Shown piece after piece: positions 50,801 to 63,100 of a stretch of 64,000 nucleotides of DNA. This DNA is from Eledone cirrhosa. Its lineage: Eukaryota. Under the pieces are notes generated by a model that did no database searches, was not told the origin of the DNA, and saw nothing but the letters and a program-made list of their open reading frames with translations. Location of the stretch: assembly GCA_964016885.1 (NCBI GenBank), contig CAXHJY010001551.1:126475-190474 (forward strand), written 5' to 3'. Position 1 is the first letter of the stretch, and every line of letters starts with the position of its first letter. The position numbers were made by a program, and so were the translations under genes.

Positions 50801-53200
50801 AAGCTCAGCTATCCTAAGCTAAGCTAAGCTAAGCTAAGCTATCCTAAGCTAAGCTAAGCTATCCTAAGCTAAGCTAAGCTAAGCTATCCTAAGCTAAGCT
50901 AAGTTAAGCTATCCTAAGCTAAGCTAAGCTAAGCTATCCTAAGCTAAGCTAAGCTAAGCTATCCTAAGCTAAGCTAAGCTATCCTAAGCTAAGCTAAGCT
51001 ATCCTAAGCTAAGCTAAGCTAAGCTATCCTAGGCTAAGCTAAGTTAAGCTATCCTAAGCTAAGTTAAGCTATCCTAAGCTAAGCTAAGCTAAGCTATCCT
51101 AAGCTAAGTTAAGCTATCCTAAGCTAAGCTTAGCTAAGCTATCCTAAGCTAAGCTAAGCTAAGCTATCCTAAGCTAAGCTAAGCTAAGCTATCCTAAGCT
51201 AAGCTAAGCTAAGCTATCCTAAGCTAAGCTAAGCTATCCTAAGCTAAGCTAAGCTAAGCTATCCTAAGCTAAGCTAAGCTAAGCTATCCTAAGCTAAGCT
51301 AAGCTAAGCTATCCTAAGCTATCCTAAGCTATCCTAAGCTAAGCTAAGCTAAGCTATCCTAAGCTAAGCTAAGCTACGCTATCCTAAGCTAAGCTAAGCT
51401 AAGCTATCCTAAGCTAAGCTAAGCTATCCTAAGCTAAGCTAAGCTAAGCTATCCTAAGCTAAGCTAAGCTAAGCTATCCTAAGCTATCCTAAGCTAAGCT
51501 ATCCTAAGCTAAGCTAAGCTAAGCTATCCTAAGCTAAGCTAAGCTAAGCTATCCTAAGCTAAGCTAAGCTAAGCTATCCTAAGCTAAGCTAAGCTAAGCT
51601 ATCCTAAGCTAAGCTATCCTAAGCTATCCTAAGCTAAGCTAAGCTAAGCTAACCTAAGCTAAGCCATCCTAAGCTAAGCTATCCTAAGCTAAGCTATCCT
51701 AAGCTAAGCTAAGCTAAGCTATCCTAAGCTAAGCTAAGCTAAGCTATCGTAAGCTAAGCTAAGCTATCCTAAGCTAAGCTAAGCTAAGCTGTCCTAAGCT
51801 AAGCTAAGCTAAGCTATCCTAAGCTAAGCTAAGCTAAGCTATCCTAAGCTAAGCTAAGCTAAGCTATCCTAAGCTATCCTAAGCTATCCTAAGCTAAGCT
51901 ATCCTAAGCTATCCTAAGCTAAGCTATCCTAAGCTATCCTAAGCTAAGCTAAGCTAAGCTATCCTAAGCTAAGCTAAGCTATCCTAAGCTAAGCTAAGCT
52001 AAGCTATCCTAAGCTAAGCTAAGCTAAGCTATCCTAAGCTATCCTAAGCTAAGCTATCCTAAGCTAAGCTAAGCTAAGCTATCCTAAGCTAAGCTATCCT
52101 AAGCTAAGCTATCCTAAGCTATCATAAGCTAAGCTATCCTAAGCTATCCTAAGCTAAGCTATCCTAAGCTATCCTAAGCTAAGCTATCCTAAGCTATCCT
52201 AAGCTAAGCTAAGCTAAGCTATCCTAAGCTAAGCTAAGCTAAGCTAAGCTATCCTAAGCTAAGCTAAGCTAAGCTATCCTAAGCTAAGCTAAGCTAAGCT
52301 ATCCTAAGCTATCCTAAGCTAAGCTATCCTAAGCTAAGCTATCCTAAGCTATCCTAAGCTAAGCTATCCTAAGCTATCCTAAGCTAAGCTATCCTAAGCT
52401 AAGCTATCCTAAGCTAAGCTATCCTAAGCTATCCTAAGCTAAGCTATCCTAAGCTATCCTAAGCTAAGCTAAGCTAAGCTATCCTAAGCTAAGCTAAGCT
52501 AAGCTATCCTAAGCTAAGCTAAGCTAAGCTTTCCTAAGCTATCCTAAGCTAAGCTATCCTAAGCTAAGCTATCCTAAGCTATCCTAAGCTAAGCTATCCT
52601 AAGCTATCCTAAGCTAAGCTATCCTAAGCTATCCTAAGCTAAGCTATCCTAACCTAAGCTATCCTAAGCTATCCTAAGCTAAGCTATCCTAAGCTATCCT
52701 AAGCTAAGCTATCCTAAGCTATCCTAAGCTAAGCTAAGCTAAGCTATCCTAAACTAAGCTAAGCTATCCTAAGCTAAGCTAAGCTAAGCTAAGCTATCCT
52801 AAGCTAAGCTAAGCTAAGCTATCCTAAGCTAAGCTAAGCTAAGCTATCCTAAGCTAAGCTAAGCTAAGCTATCCTAAGCTAAGCTAAGCTAAGCTATCCT
52901 AAGCTAAGCTAAGCTAAGCTATCCTAAGCTAAGCTAAGCTAAGCTATCCTAAGCTAAGCTAAGCTAAGCTATCCTAAGCTAAGCTAAGCTAAGCTATCCT
53001 AAGCTAAGCTAAGCTAAGCTATCCTAAGCTAAGCTAAGCTAAGCTATCCTAAGCTAAGCTAAGCTAAGCTATCCTAAGCTAAGCTATCCTAAGCTAAGCT
53101 AAGCTAAGCTATCCTAAGCTAAGCTAAGCTAAGCTATCCTAAGCTAAGCTAAGCTATCCTAAGCTAAGCTAAGCTAAGCTATCCTAAGCTAAGCTAAGCT
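46500..53200. repeat. Tandem duplication, period about 3.32-3.37 kb
   Basis: CCAAG 46689/50009, GTAAG 46904/50224, CTACG-TTAAG 47219/50539, CTAGG 47704/51029, CTATC-GTAAG 48374/51744, CTAAA 49379/52749. Confidence 0.92.
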
Positions 53201-56200
53201 AAGCTATCCTAAGCTAAGCTAAGCTAAGCTATCCTAAGCTAAGCTAAGCTAAGCTATCCTAAGCTAAGCTAAGCTAAACTATCCTAAGCTAAGCTAAGCT
53301 ATCCTAAGCTAAGCTAAGCTAAGCTATCCTAAGCTAAGCTAAGCTAAGCTAAGCTTTCCTAAGCTATCCTAAGCTAAGCTATCCTAAGCTAAGCTAAGCT
53401 AAGCTATCCTAAGCTAAGCTAAGCTATCCTAAGCTAAGCTAAGCTATCCTAAGCTAAGCTATCCTAAGCTATCCTAAGCTAAGCTATCCTAAGCTATCCT
53501 AAGCTAAGCTATCCTAAGCTAAGCTATCCTAAGCTAAGCTATTCTAAGCTAAGCTAAGCTAAGCTATCCTAAGCTAAGCTAAGCTAAGCTATCCTAAGCT
53601 AAGCTAAGCTAAGCTATCCTAAGCTAAGCTAAGCTAAGCTATCCTAAGCTAAGCTAAGCTAAGCTATCCTAAGCTAAGCTAAGCTAAGCTATCCTAAGCT
53701 AAGCTAAGCTATCCTAAGCTAAGCTAAGCTAAGCTATCCTAAGCTAAGCTAAGCTAAGCTATCCTAAGCTATCCTAAGCTAAGCTATCCTAAGCTAAGCT
53801 ATCCTAAGCTATCCCAAGCTAAGCTATCCTAAGCTAAGCTAAGCTAAGCTATCCTAAGCTAACCTATCCTAAGCTAAGCTATCCTAAGCTATCCTAAGCT
53901 AAGCTATCCTAATCTATCCTAAGCTAAGCTATCCTAAGCTATCCTAAGCTAAGCTATCCTAAGCTATCCTAAGCTAAGCTAAGCTAAGCTATCCTAAGCT
54001 ATCCTAAGCTAAGCTATCCTAAGCTAAGCTATCCTAAGCTAAGCTATCCTAAGCTATCCTAAGCTAAGCTATCCTAAGCTATCCTAAGCTAAGCTATCCT
54101 AAGCTATCCTAAGCTAAGCTAAGCTAAGCTATCCTAAGCTAAGCTAAGCTAAGCTCTCCTAAGCTAAGCTAAGCTAAGCTATCCTAAGCTAAGCTAAGCT
54201 TTCCTAAGCTAAGCTAAGCTAAGCTATCCTAAGCTAAGCTAATCTATCCTAAGCTAAGCTAAGCTAAGCTATCCTAAGCTAAGCTAAGCTAAGCTATCCT
54301 AAGCTAAGCTAAGCTAAGCTATCCTAAGCTAAGCTAAGCTAAGCTATCCTAAGCTAAGCTAAGCTAAGCTATCCTAAGCTAAGCTAAGCTAAGCTATCCT
54401 AAGCTAAGCTAAGCTAAGCTATGCTAAGCTAAGCTAAGCTATCCTAAGCTAAGCTAAGCTAAGCTATCCTAAGCTAAGCTAAGCTAAGCTATCCTAAGCT
54501 AAGCTAAGCTAAGCTATCCTAAGCTATCCTAAGCTATCCTAAGCTAAGCTAAGCTAAGCTATCCTAAGCTAAGCTAAGCTAAGCTATCCTAAGCTAAGCC
54601 AAGCTAAGCTATCCTAAGCTAAGCTAAGCTATCCTAAGCTAAGCTAAGCTAAGCTATCCTAAGCTAAGCTAAGCTAAGCTATCCTAAGCTATCCTAAGCT
54701 AAGCTATCCTAAGCTAAGCTAAGCTAAGCTATCCTAAGCTAAGCTAAGCTAAGCTATCCTAAGCTAAGCTAAGCTAAGCTATCCTAAGCTAAGCTAAGCT
54801 AAGCTATCCTAAGCTAAGCTATCCTAAGCTATCCTAAGCTAAGCTAAGCTAAGCTAACCTAAGCTAAGCTATCCTAAGCTAAGCTATCCTAAGCTAAGCT
54901 ATCCTAAGCTAAGCTAAGCTAAGCTATCCTAAGCTAAGCTAAGCTAAGCTATCCTAAGCTAAGCTAAGCTATCCTAAGCTAAGCTAAGCTAAGCTGTCCT
55001 AAGCTAAGCTAAGCTAAGCTATCCTAAGCTAAGCTAAGCTAAGCTATCCTAAGCTAAGCTAAGCTATCCTAAGCTAAGCTAAGCTAAGCTATCCTAAGCT
55101 AAGCTAAGCTAAGCTATCCTAAGCTAAGCTAAGCTAAGCTATCCTAAGCTATCCTAAGCTATCCTAAGCTAAGCTATCCTAAGCTATCCTAAGCTAAGCT
55201 ATCCTAAGCTATCCTAAGCTAAGCTAAGCTAAGCTATCCTAAGCTAAGCTAAGCTAAGCTATCCTAAGCTAAGCTAATCTAAGCTATCCTAAGCTAAGCT
55301 AAGCTAAGCTATCCTAAGCTAAGCTAAGCTAACCTATCCTAAGCTAAGCTAAGCTATCCTAAGCTAAGTTAAGCTATCCTAAGCTAAGCTAAGCTAAGCT
55401 ATCCTAAGCTAAGCTAAGCTAAGCTATCCTAAGCTAAGCTAAGCTATCCTAAGCTAAGCTAAGCTAAGCTATCCTAAGCTAAGCTAAGCTAAGCTATCCT
55501 AAGCTAAGCTAAGCTATCCTAAGCTAAGCTATCCTAAGCTAAGCTAAGCTAAGCTATCCTAAGCTAAGCTAAACTAAGCTATCCTAAGCTAAGCTAAGGT
55601 ATCCTAAGCTAAGCTAAGCTAAGCTATCCGAAGCTAAGCTATCCTAAGCTAAGCTAAGCTATCCTAAGCTAAGCTAAGCTATCCTAAGCTAAGCTAAGCT
55701 ATCCTAAGCTAAGCTAAGCTATCCTAAGCTAAGCTAAGCTATCCTAAGCTAAGCTAAGCTAAGCTATCCTAAGCTAAGCTAAGGTATCCTCAGCTAAGCT
55801 AAGCTAAGCTATCCTAAGCTAAGCTAAGCTAAGCTATCCTAAGCTAAGCTAAGCTATCCTAAGCTAAGCTAAGCTATCCTAAGCTAAGCTAAGCTAAGCT
55901 ATCCTAAGCTAAGCTAAGTTAAGCTATCCTAAGCTAAGCTAAGCTAAGCTATCCTAAGCTAAGCTAAGCTAAGCTATCCTAAGCTAAGCTAAGCTAAGCT
56001 ATCCTAAGCTAAGCTAAGCTAAGCTATCCTAAGCTAAGCTAAGCTAAGCTATCCTAAGCTAAGCTAAGCTAAGCTATCCTAAGCTAAGCTAAGCTAAGCT
56101 CTCCTAAGCTAAGCTAAGCTATCCTAAGCTAAGCTAAGCTAAGCTATCCTAAGCTAAGCTAAGCTAAGCTAAGCTATCCTAAGCTAAGCTAAGCTAAGCT

Positions 56201-57174
56201 ATCCTAAGCTAAGCTAAGCTAAGCTATCCTAAGCTAAGCTAAGCTAAGCTATCCTAAGCTAAGCTAAGCTAAGCTATCCTAAGCTAAGCTAAGCTATCCT
56301 AAGCTAAGCTAAGCTATCCTAAGCTATGCTAAGCTATCCTAAGCTAAGCTAAGCTAAGCTATCCTAAGCTTTCCTAAGCTAAGCTATCCTAAGCTAAGCT
56401 AAGCTAAGCTATCCTAAGCTAAGCTAAGCTATCCTAAGCTAAGCTAAGCTAAGCTACCTAAGCTAAGCTATCCTAAGCTATCCTAAGCTAAGCTATCCTA
56501 AGCTATCCTAAGCTAAGCTATCCTAAGCTAAGCTATCCTAAGCTAAGCTATCCTAAGCTAAGCTAAGCTAAGCTATCCTAAGCTAAGCTAAGCTATCCTA
56601 AGCTAAGCTAAGCTAAGCTATCCTAAGCTAAGCTAAGCTATCCTAAGCTATCCTAAGCTATCCTAAGCTAAGCTAAGCTAAGCTATCCTAAGCTAAGCTA
56701 TCCTAAGCTATCCTAAGCTAAGCTAAGCTAAGCTAAGCTAACCTAAGCAAAGCTATCCTAAGCTAAGCTATCCTAAGCTAAGCTATCCTAAGCTAAGCTA
56801 AGCTAAGCTATCCTAAGCTAAGCTAAGCTATCCTAAGCTAAGCTAAGCTAAGCTATCCTAAGCTAAGCTAAGCTAAGCTATCCTAAGCTAAGCTAAGCTA
56901 AGCTATCCTAAGCTAAGCTATCCTAAGCTATCCTAAGCTAAGCTATCCTAAGCTATCCTAAGCTAAGCTATCCTAAGCTATCCTAAGCTAAGCTAAGCTA
57001 AGCTATCCTAAGCTAAGCTAAGCTAAGCTATCCTAAGCTAAGCTAAGCTAAGCTATCCTAAGCTATCCTAAGCTAAGCTATCCTAAGCTATCCTAAGCTA
57101 AGCTATCCTAAGCTATGCTAAGCTAAGCTATCCTAAGCTAAGCTATCCTAAGCTATCCTAAGCTAAGCTATCCT

Positions 57175-60100
57175 AAGCTATCCTAAGCTAAGCTAAGCTA
57201 TCCTAAGCTAAGCTAAGCTAAGCTAAGCTATCCTAAGCTAAGCTATGCTAAGCTAAGCTATCCTAAGCTAAGCTAAGCTAAGCTATCCTAAGCTAAGCTA
57301 AGCTAAGCTATCCTAAGCTAAGCTAAGCTATCCTAAGCTAAGCTAAGCTAAGCTATCCTAAGCTAAGCTAAGCTATCCTAAGCTAAGCTAAGCTAAGCTA
57401 AGCTAAGCTATCCTAAGCTAAGCTAAGCTAAGCTATCCTAAGCTAAGCTAAGCTAAGCTATCCTAAGCTAAGCTAAGCTATCCTAAGCTAAGCTAAGCTA
57501 TCCTAAGCTAAGCTAAGCTAAGCTATCCTAAGCTAAGCTAAGCTAAGCTATCCTAAGCTAAGCTAAGCTAAGCTATCCTAAGCTAAGCTAAGCTAAGCTA
57601 TCCTAAGCTAAGCTAAGCTATCCTAAGCTAAGCTAAGCTATCCTAAGCTAAGCTAAGCTAAGCTATCCTAAGCTAAGCTAAGCTAAGCTATCCTAAGCTA
57701 TCCTAAGCTAAGCAATCCTAAGCTAAGCTAAGCTGAGCTATCCTAAGCTAAGCTAAGCTATCCGAAGCTAAGCTAAGCTAAGCTATCCTAAGCTAAGCTA
57801 TCCTAAGCTATCCTAAGCTAAGCTATCCTAAGCTAAGCTATCCTAAGCTAAGCTATCCTAAGCTATCCTAAGCTAAGCTATCCTAAGCTAAGCTAAGCTA
57901 AGCTATCCTAAGCTAAGCTAAGCTAAGCTATCATAAGCTAAGCTAAGCTATCCTAAGCTAAGCTAAGCTAAGCTATCCTAAGCTAAGCTAAGCTAAGTTA
58001 TCCTAAGCTAAGCTAAGCTAAGCTATCCTAAGCTATCCTAAGCTAAGCTATCCTAAGCTAAGCTATCCTAAGCTAAGCTATCCTAAGCTATCCTAAGCTA
58101 AGCTAAGCTAAGCTATCCTAAGCTAAGCTAAGCTAAGCTATCCTAAGCTAAGCTAAGCTAAGCTAAGCTAAGCTATCCTACGCTAAGCTAAGCTATCCTA
58201 AGCTAAGCTAAGCTAAGCTATCCTAAGCTAAGCTAAGCTAAGCTCTCCTAAGCTAAGCTAAGCTAAGCTAAGCTATCCTAAGCTAAGCTAAGCTATCCTA
58301 AGCTAAGCTAAGCTAAGCTATCCTAAGCTAAGCTAAGCTATCCTAAGCTAAGCTAAGCTAAGCTATCCTAAGCTAAGCTAAGCTAAGCTATCCTAAGCTA
58401 AGCTAAGCTATCCTAAGCTAAGCTAAGCTAAGCTATCCTAAGCTAAGCTAAGCTATCCTAAGCTATCCTAAGCTATCCTAAGCTAAGCTAAGCTAAGCTA
58501 TCCTAAGCTAAGCTATCCTAAGCTATCCTAAGCTAAGCTAAGCTAAGCTAACCTAAGCTAAGCTATCCTAAGCTAAGCTATCCTAAGCTAAGCTATCCTA
58601 AGCTAAGCTAAGCTAAGCTATCCTAAGCTAAGCTAAGCTATCCTAAGCTAAGCTAAGCTAAGCTATCCTAAGCTAAGCTAAGCTAAGCTATCCTAAGCTA
58701 AGCTATCCTAAGCTATCCTAAGCTAAGCTATCCTAAGCTATCCTAAGCTAAGCTATCCTAAGCTATCCTAAGCTAAGCTAAGCTAAGCTATCCTAAGCTA
58801 AGCTAAGCTAAGCTATCCTAAGCTAAGCTAAGCTAAGCTATCCTAAGCTATCCTAAGCTAAGCTATCCTAAGCTAAGCTATCCTAAGCTAAGCTATCCTA
58901 AGCTATGCTAAGCTAAGCTATCCTAAGCTAAGCTATCCTAAGCTATTCTAAGCTAAGCTATCCTAAGCTATCCTAAGCTAAGCTAAGCTATCCTAAGCTA
59001 AGCTAAGCTAAGCTAAGCTATCCTAAGCTAAGCTATGCTAAGCTAAGCTATCCTAAGCTAAGCTAAGCTAAGCTATCCTAAGCTAAGCTAAGCTAAGCTA
59101 TCCTAAGCTAAGCTAAGCTATCCTAAGCTAAGCTAAGCTAAGCTATCCTAAGCTAAGCTAAGCTATCCTAAGCTAAGCTAAGCTAAGCTAAGCTATCCTA
59201 AGCTAAGCTAAGCTAAGCTATCCTAAGCTAAGCTAAGCTAAGCTATCCTAAGCTAAGCTAAGCTAAGCTATCCTAAGCTAAGCTAAGCTATCCTAAGCTA
59301 AGCTAAGCTAAGCTATCCTAAGCTAAGCTAAGCTATCCTAAGCTAAGCTAAGCTAAGCTATCCTAAGCTAAGCTAAGCTAAGCTATCCTAAGCTAAGCTA
59401 AGCTATCCTAAGCTAAGCTAAGCTAAGCTATCCTAAGCTAAGCTAAGCTAAGCTATCCTAAGCTATCCTAAGCTAAGCAATCCTAAGCTAAGCTAAGCTG
59501 AGCTATCCTAAGCTAAGCTAAGCTATCCGAAGCTAAGCTAAGCTAAGCTATCCTAAGCTAAGCTATCCTAAGCTATCCTAAGCTAAGCTATCCTAAGCTA
59601 AGCTATACTAAGCTATCCTAAGCTAAGCTATCCTAAGCTAAGCTAAGCTAAGCTATCCTAAGCTAAGCTAAGCTAAGCTATCATAAGCTAAGCTAAGCTA
59701 TCCTAAGCTAAGCTAAGCTAAGCTATCCTAAGCTAAGCAAAGCTAAGTTATCCTAAGCTAAGCTAAGCTAAGCTATCCTAAGCTATCCTAAGCTAAGCTA
59801 TCCTAAGCTAAGCTATCCTAAGGTAAGCTATCCTAAGCTATCCTAAGCTAAGCTATCCTAAGCTATCCTAAGCTAAGCTAAGCTAAGCTATCCTAAGCTA
59901 AGCTAAGCTAAGCTATCCTAAGCTAAGCTAAGCTAAGCTAAGCTAAGCTAAGCTAAGCTATCCTAAGCTAAGCTAAGCTATCCTAAGCTAAGCTAAGCTA
60001 TCCTAAGCTAAGCTAAACTAAGCTCTCCTAAGCTAAGCTAAGCTAAGCTATCCTAAGCTTAGCTAAGCTATCCTAAGCTAAGCTAAGCTAAGCTATCCTA

Positions 60101-63100
60101 AGCTAAGCTAAGCTATCCTAAGCTAAGCTAAGCTAAGCTATCCTAAGCTAAGCTAAGCTAAGCTATCCTAAGCTAAGCTAAGCTAAGCTATCCTAAGCTA
60201 AGCTAAGCTAAGCTATCCTAAGCTAAGCTAAGCTATCCTAAGCTAAGCTAAGCTAAGCTATCCTAAGCTAAGCTAAGCTAAGCTATCCTAAGCTAAGCTA
60301 AGCTAAGCTATCCTAAGCTATCCTAAGCTATCCTAAGCTAAGCTAAGCTATCCTAAGCTAAGCTAAGCTAAGCTATCCTAAGCTAAGCTAAGCTATCCTA
60401 AGCTAAGCTAAGCTAAGCTATCCTAAGCTAAGCTAAGCTATCCTAAGCTAAGCTAAGCTAAGCTATCCTAAGCTAAGCTAAGCTATCCTAAGCTATCCTA
60501 AGCTAAGCTATCCTAAGCTAAGCTAAGCTAAGCTATCCTAAGCTAAGCTAAGCTAAGCTATCCTAAGCTAAGCTAAGCTAAGCTATCCTAAGCTAAGCTA
60601 TCCTAAGCTAACCTAAGCTAAGCTAAGCTATCCTAAGCTAAGCTAAGCTATCCTAAGCTAAGCTAAGCTAAGCTATCCTAAGCTAAGCTAAGCTAAGCTA
60701 TCCTAAGCTCTCCTAAGCTAAGCTATCCTAAGCTAAGCTAAGCTAAGCTATCCTAAGCTAAGCTAAGCTATCCTAAGCTAAGCTAAGCTAAGCTATCCTA
60801 AGCTAAGCTATCCTAAGCTATCCTAAGCTAAGCTAAGCTAAGCTATCCTAAGCTAAGCTATCCTAAGCTATCCTAAGCTAAGCTAAGCTAAGATAAGCTA
60901 TCCTAAGCTAAGCTATCCTAAGCTAAGCTATCCTAAGCTATCCTAAGCTAAGCTATCCTAAGCTATCCTAAGCTAAGCTATCCTAAGCTATCCTAAGCTA
61001 TCCTAAGCTAAGCTAAGCTAAGCTATCCTAAGCTAAGCTAAGCTAAGCTATCCTAAGCTAAGCTAAGCTAAGCTATCCTAAGCTATCCTAAGCTAAGCTA
61101 AGCTAAGCTATCCTAAGCTAAGCTATCCTAAGCTATCCTAAGCTAAGCTATCCTAAGCTAAGCTATCCTAAGCTAAGCTATCCTAAGCTATCCTAAGCTA
61201 AGCTATCCTAAGCTATCCTAAGCTAAGCTAAGCTATCCTAAGCTAAGCTAAGCTAAGCTATCCTAAGCTAAGCTAAGCTAAGCTTTCCTAAGCTATCCTA
61301 AGCTAAGCTATCCTAAGCTAAGCTATCCTAAGCTATCCTAAGCTAAGCTAAGCTAAGCTATCCTAAGCTAAGCTATCCTAAGCTAAGCTAAGCTAAGCTA
61401 TCCTAAGCTAAGCTATCCTGTGCTAAGCTAAGCTAAGCTATCCTAAGCTAAGCTAAGCTAAGCTATCCTAAGCTAAGCTATCCTAAGCTAAGCTAAGCTA
61501 AGCTATCCTAAGCTAAGCTAAGCTATCCTAAGCTAAGCTAAGCTATCCTAAGCTAAGCTAAGCTAAGCTTTCCTAAACTAAGCTAAGCTATCCTAAGCTA
61601 AGCTAAGCGAAGCTATCCTAAGCTAATCTAAGCTAAGCTATCCTAAGCTAAGCTAAGCTAAGCTATCCTAAGCCAAGCTAAGCTAAGCTATCCTAAGCCA
61701 AGCTAAGCTAAGCTATCCTAAGCCAAGCTAAGCGAAGCTATCCTAAGCTAAGCTAAGCTAAGCTTTCCTAAGCTTAGCTAAGCTAAGCTATCCTAAGCTA
61801 AGCTAAGCTAAGCTATCCTAAGCTAAGCTAAGCTAAGCTATCCTAGGCTAAGCTAAGCTAAGCTATCCTAAGCTAAGCTATCCTAAGCTAAGCTAAGCTA
61901 AGCTATCCTAAGCTAAGCTAAGCTAAGCTATCCTATGCTAAGCTAAGCTAAGCTATCCTAAGCTAAGCTAAGCTAAGCTATCCTAAGCTAAGCTAAGCTA
62001 AGCTATCCTAAGCTAAGCTAAGCTATCCTAAGCTAAGCTATCCTAAGCTAAGCTAAGCTAAGCTATCCTAAGCTAAGCTAAGCTAAGCTTTCCTAAGCTA
62101 TCCTAAGCTAAGCTATCCTAAGCTAAGCTAAGCTAAGCTATCCTAAGCTAAGCTAAGCTATCCTAAGCTAAGCTAAGCTAAGCTATCCTAAGCTAAGCTA
62201 TCCTAAGCTATCCTAAGCTAAGCTATCCTAAGCTATCCTAAGCTAAGCTATCCTAAGCTAAGCTATCCTAAGCTAAGCTATTCTAAGCTAAGCTAAGCTA
62301 AGCTATCCTAAGCTAAGCTTAGCTAAGCTATCCTAAGCTAAGCTAAGCTAAGCTATCCTAAGCTAAGCTAAGCTAAGCTTTCCTAAGCTTAGCTAAGCTA
62401 TCGGAAGCTATGCTAAGCTAATCTATCCTAAGCTAAGCTAAGCTAAGCTATCCTAAGCTATCCTAAGCTAAGCTATCCTAAGCTAATCTATCCTAAGCTA
62501 TGCCAAGCTAAGCTATCCTAAGCTAAGCTAAGCTAAGCTATCCTAAGCTAAGCTAAGCTAAGCTATCCTAAGCTAAGCTAAGCTAAGCTATCCTAAGCTA
62601 AGCTAAGCTAAGCTATCCTAAGCTATCCTAAGCTAAGCAATCCTAAGCTAAGCTAAGCTGAGCTATCCTAAGCTAAGCTAAGCTATCCGAAGCTAAGCTA
62701 AGCTAAGCTATCCTAAGCTAAGCTATCCTAAGCTATCCTAAGCTAAGCTATCCTAAGCTAAGCTATACTAAGCTATCCTAAGCTAAGCTATCCTAAGCTA
62801 AGCTAAGCTAAGCTATCCTAAGCTAAGCTAAGCTAAGCTATCATAAGCTAAGCTAAGCTATCCTAAGCTAAGCTAAGCTAAGCTATCCTAAGCTAAGCTA
62901 AGCTAAGTTATCCTAAGCTAAGCTAAGCTAAGCTATCCTAAGCTATCCTAAGCTAAGCTATCCTAAGCTAAGCTATCCTAAGGTAAGCTATCCTAAGCTA
63001 TCCTAAGCTAAGCTATCCTAAGCTATCCTAAGCTAAGCTAAGCTAAGCTATCCTAAGCTAAGCTAAGCTAAGCTATCCTAAGCTATCCTAAGCTAAGCTA

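Noticed and set aside
3542-62400. Inversions of the array suggested by CTTAG units
   Set aside because: CTTAG occurs only as isolated single pentamers and is never accompanied by GATAG, so these are substitutions, not strand switches.
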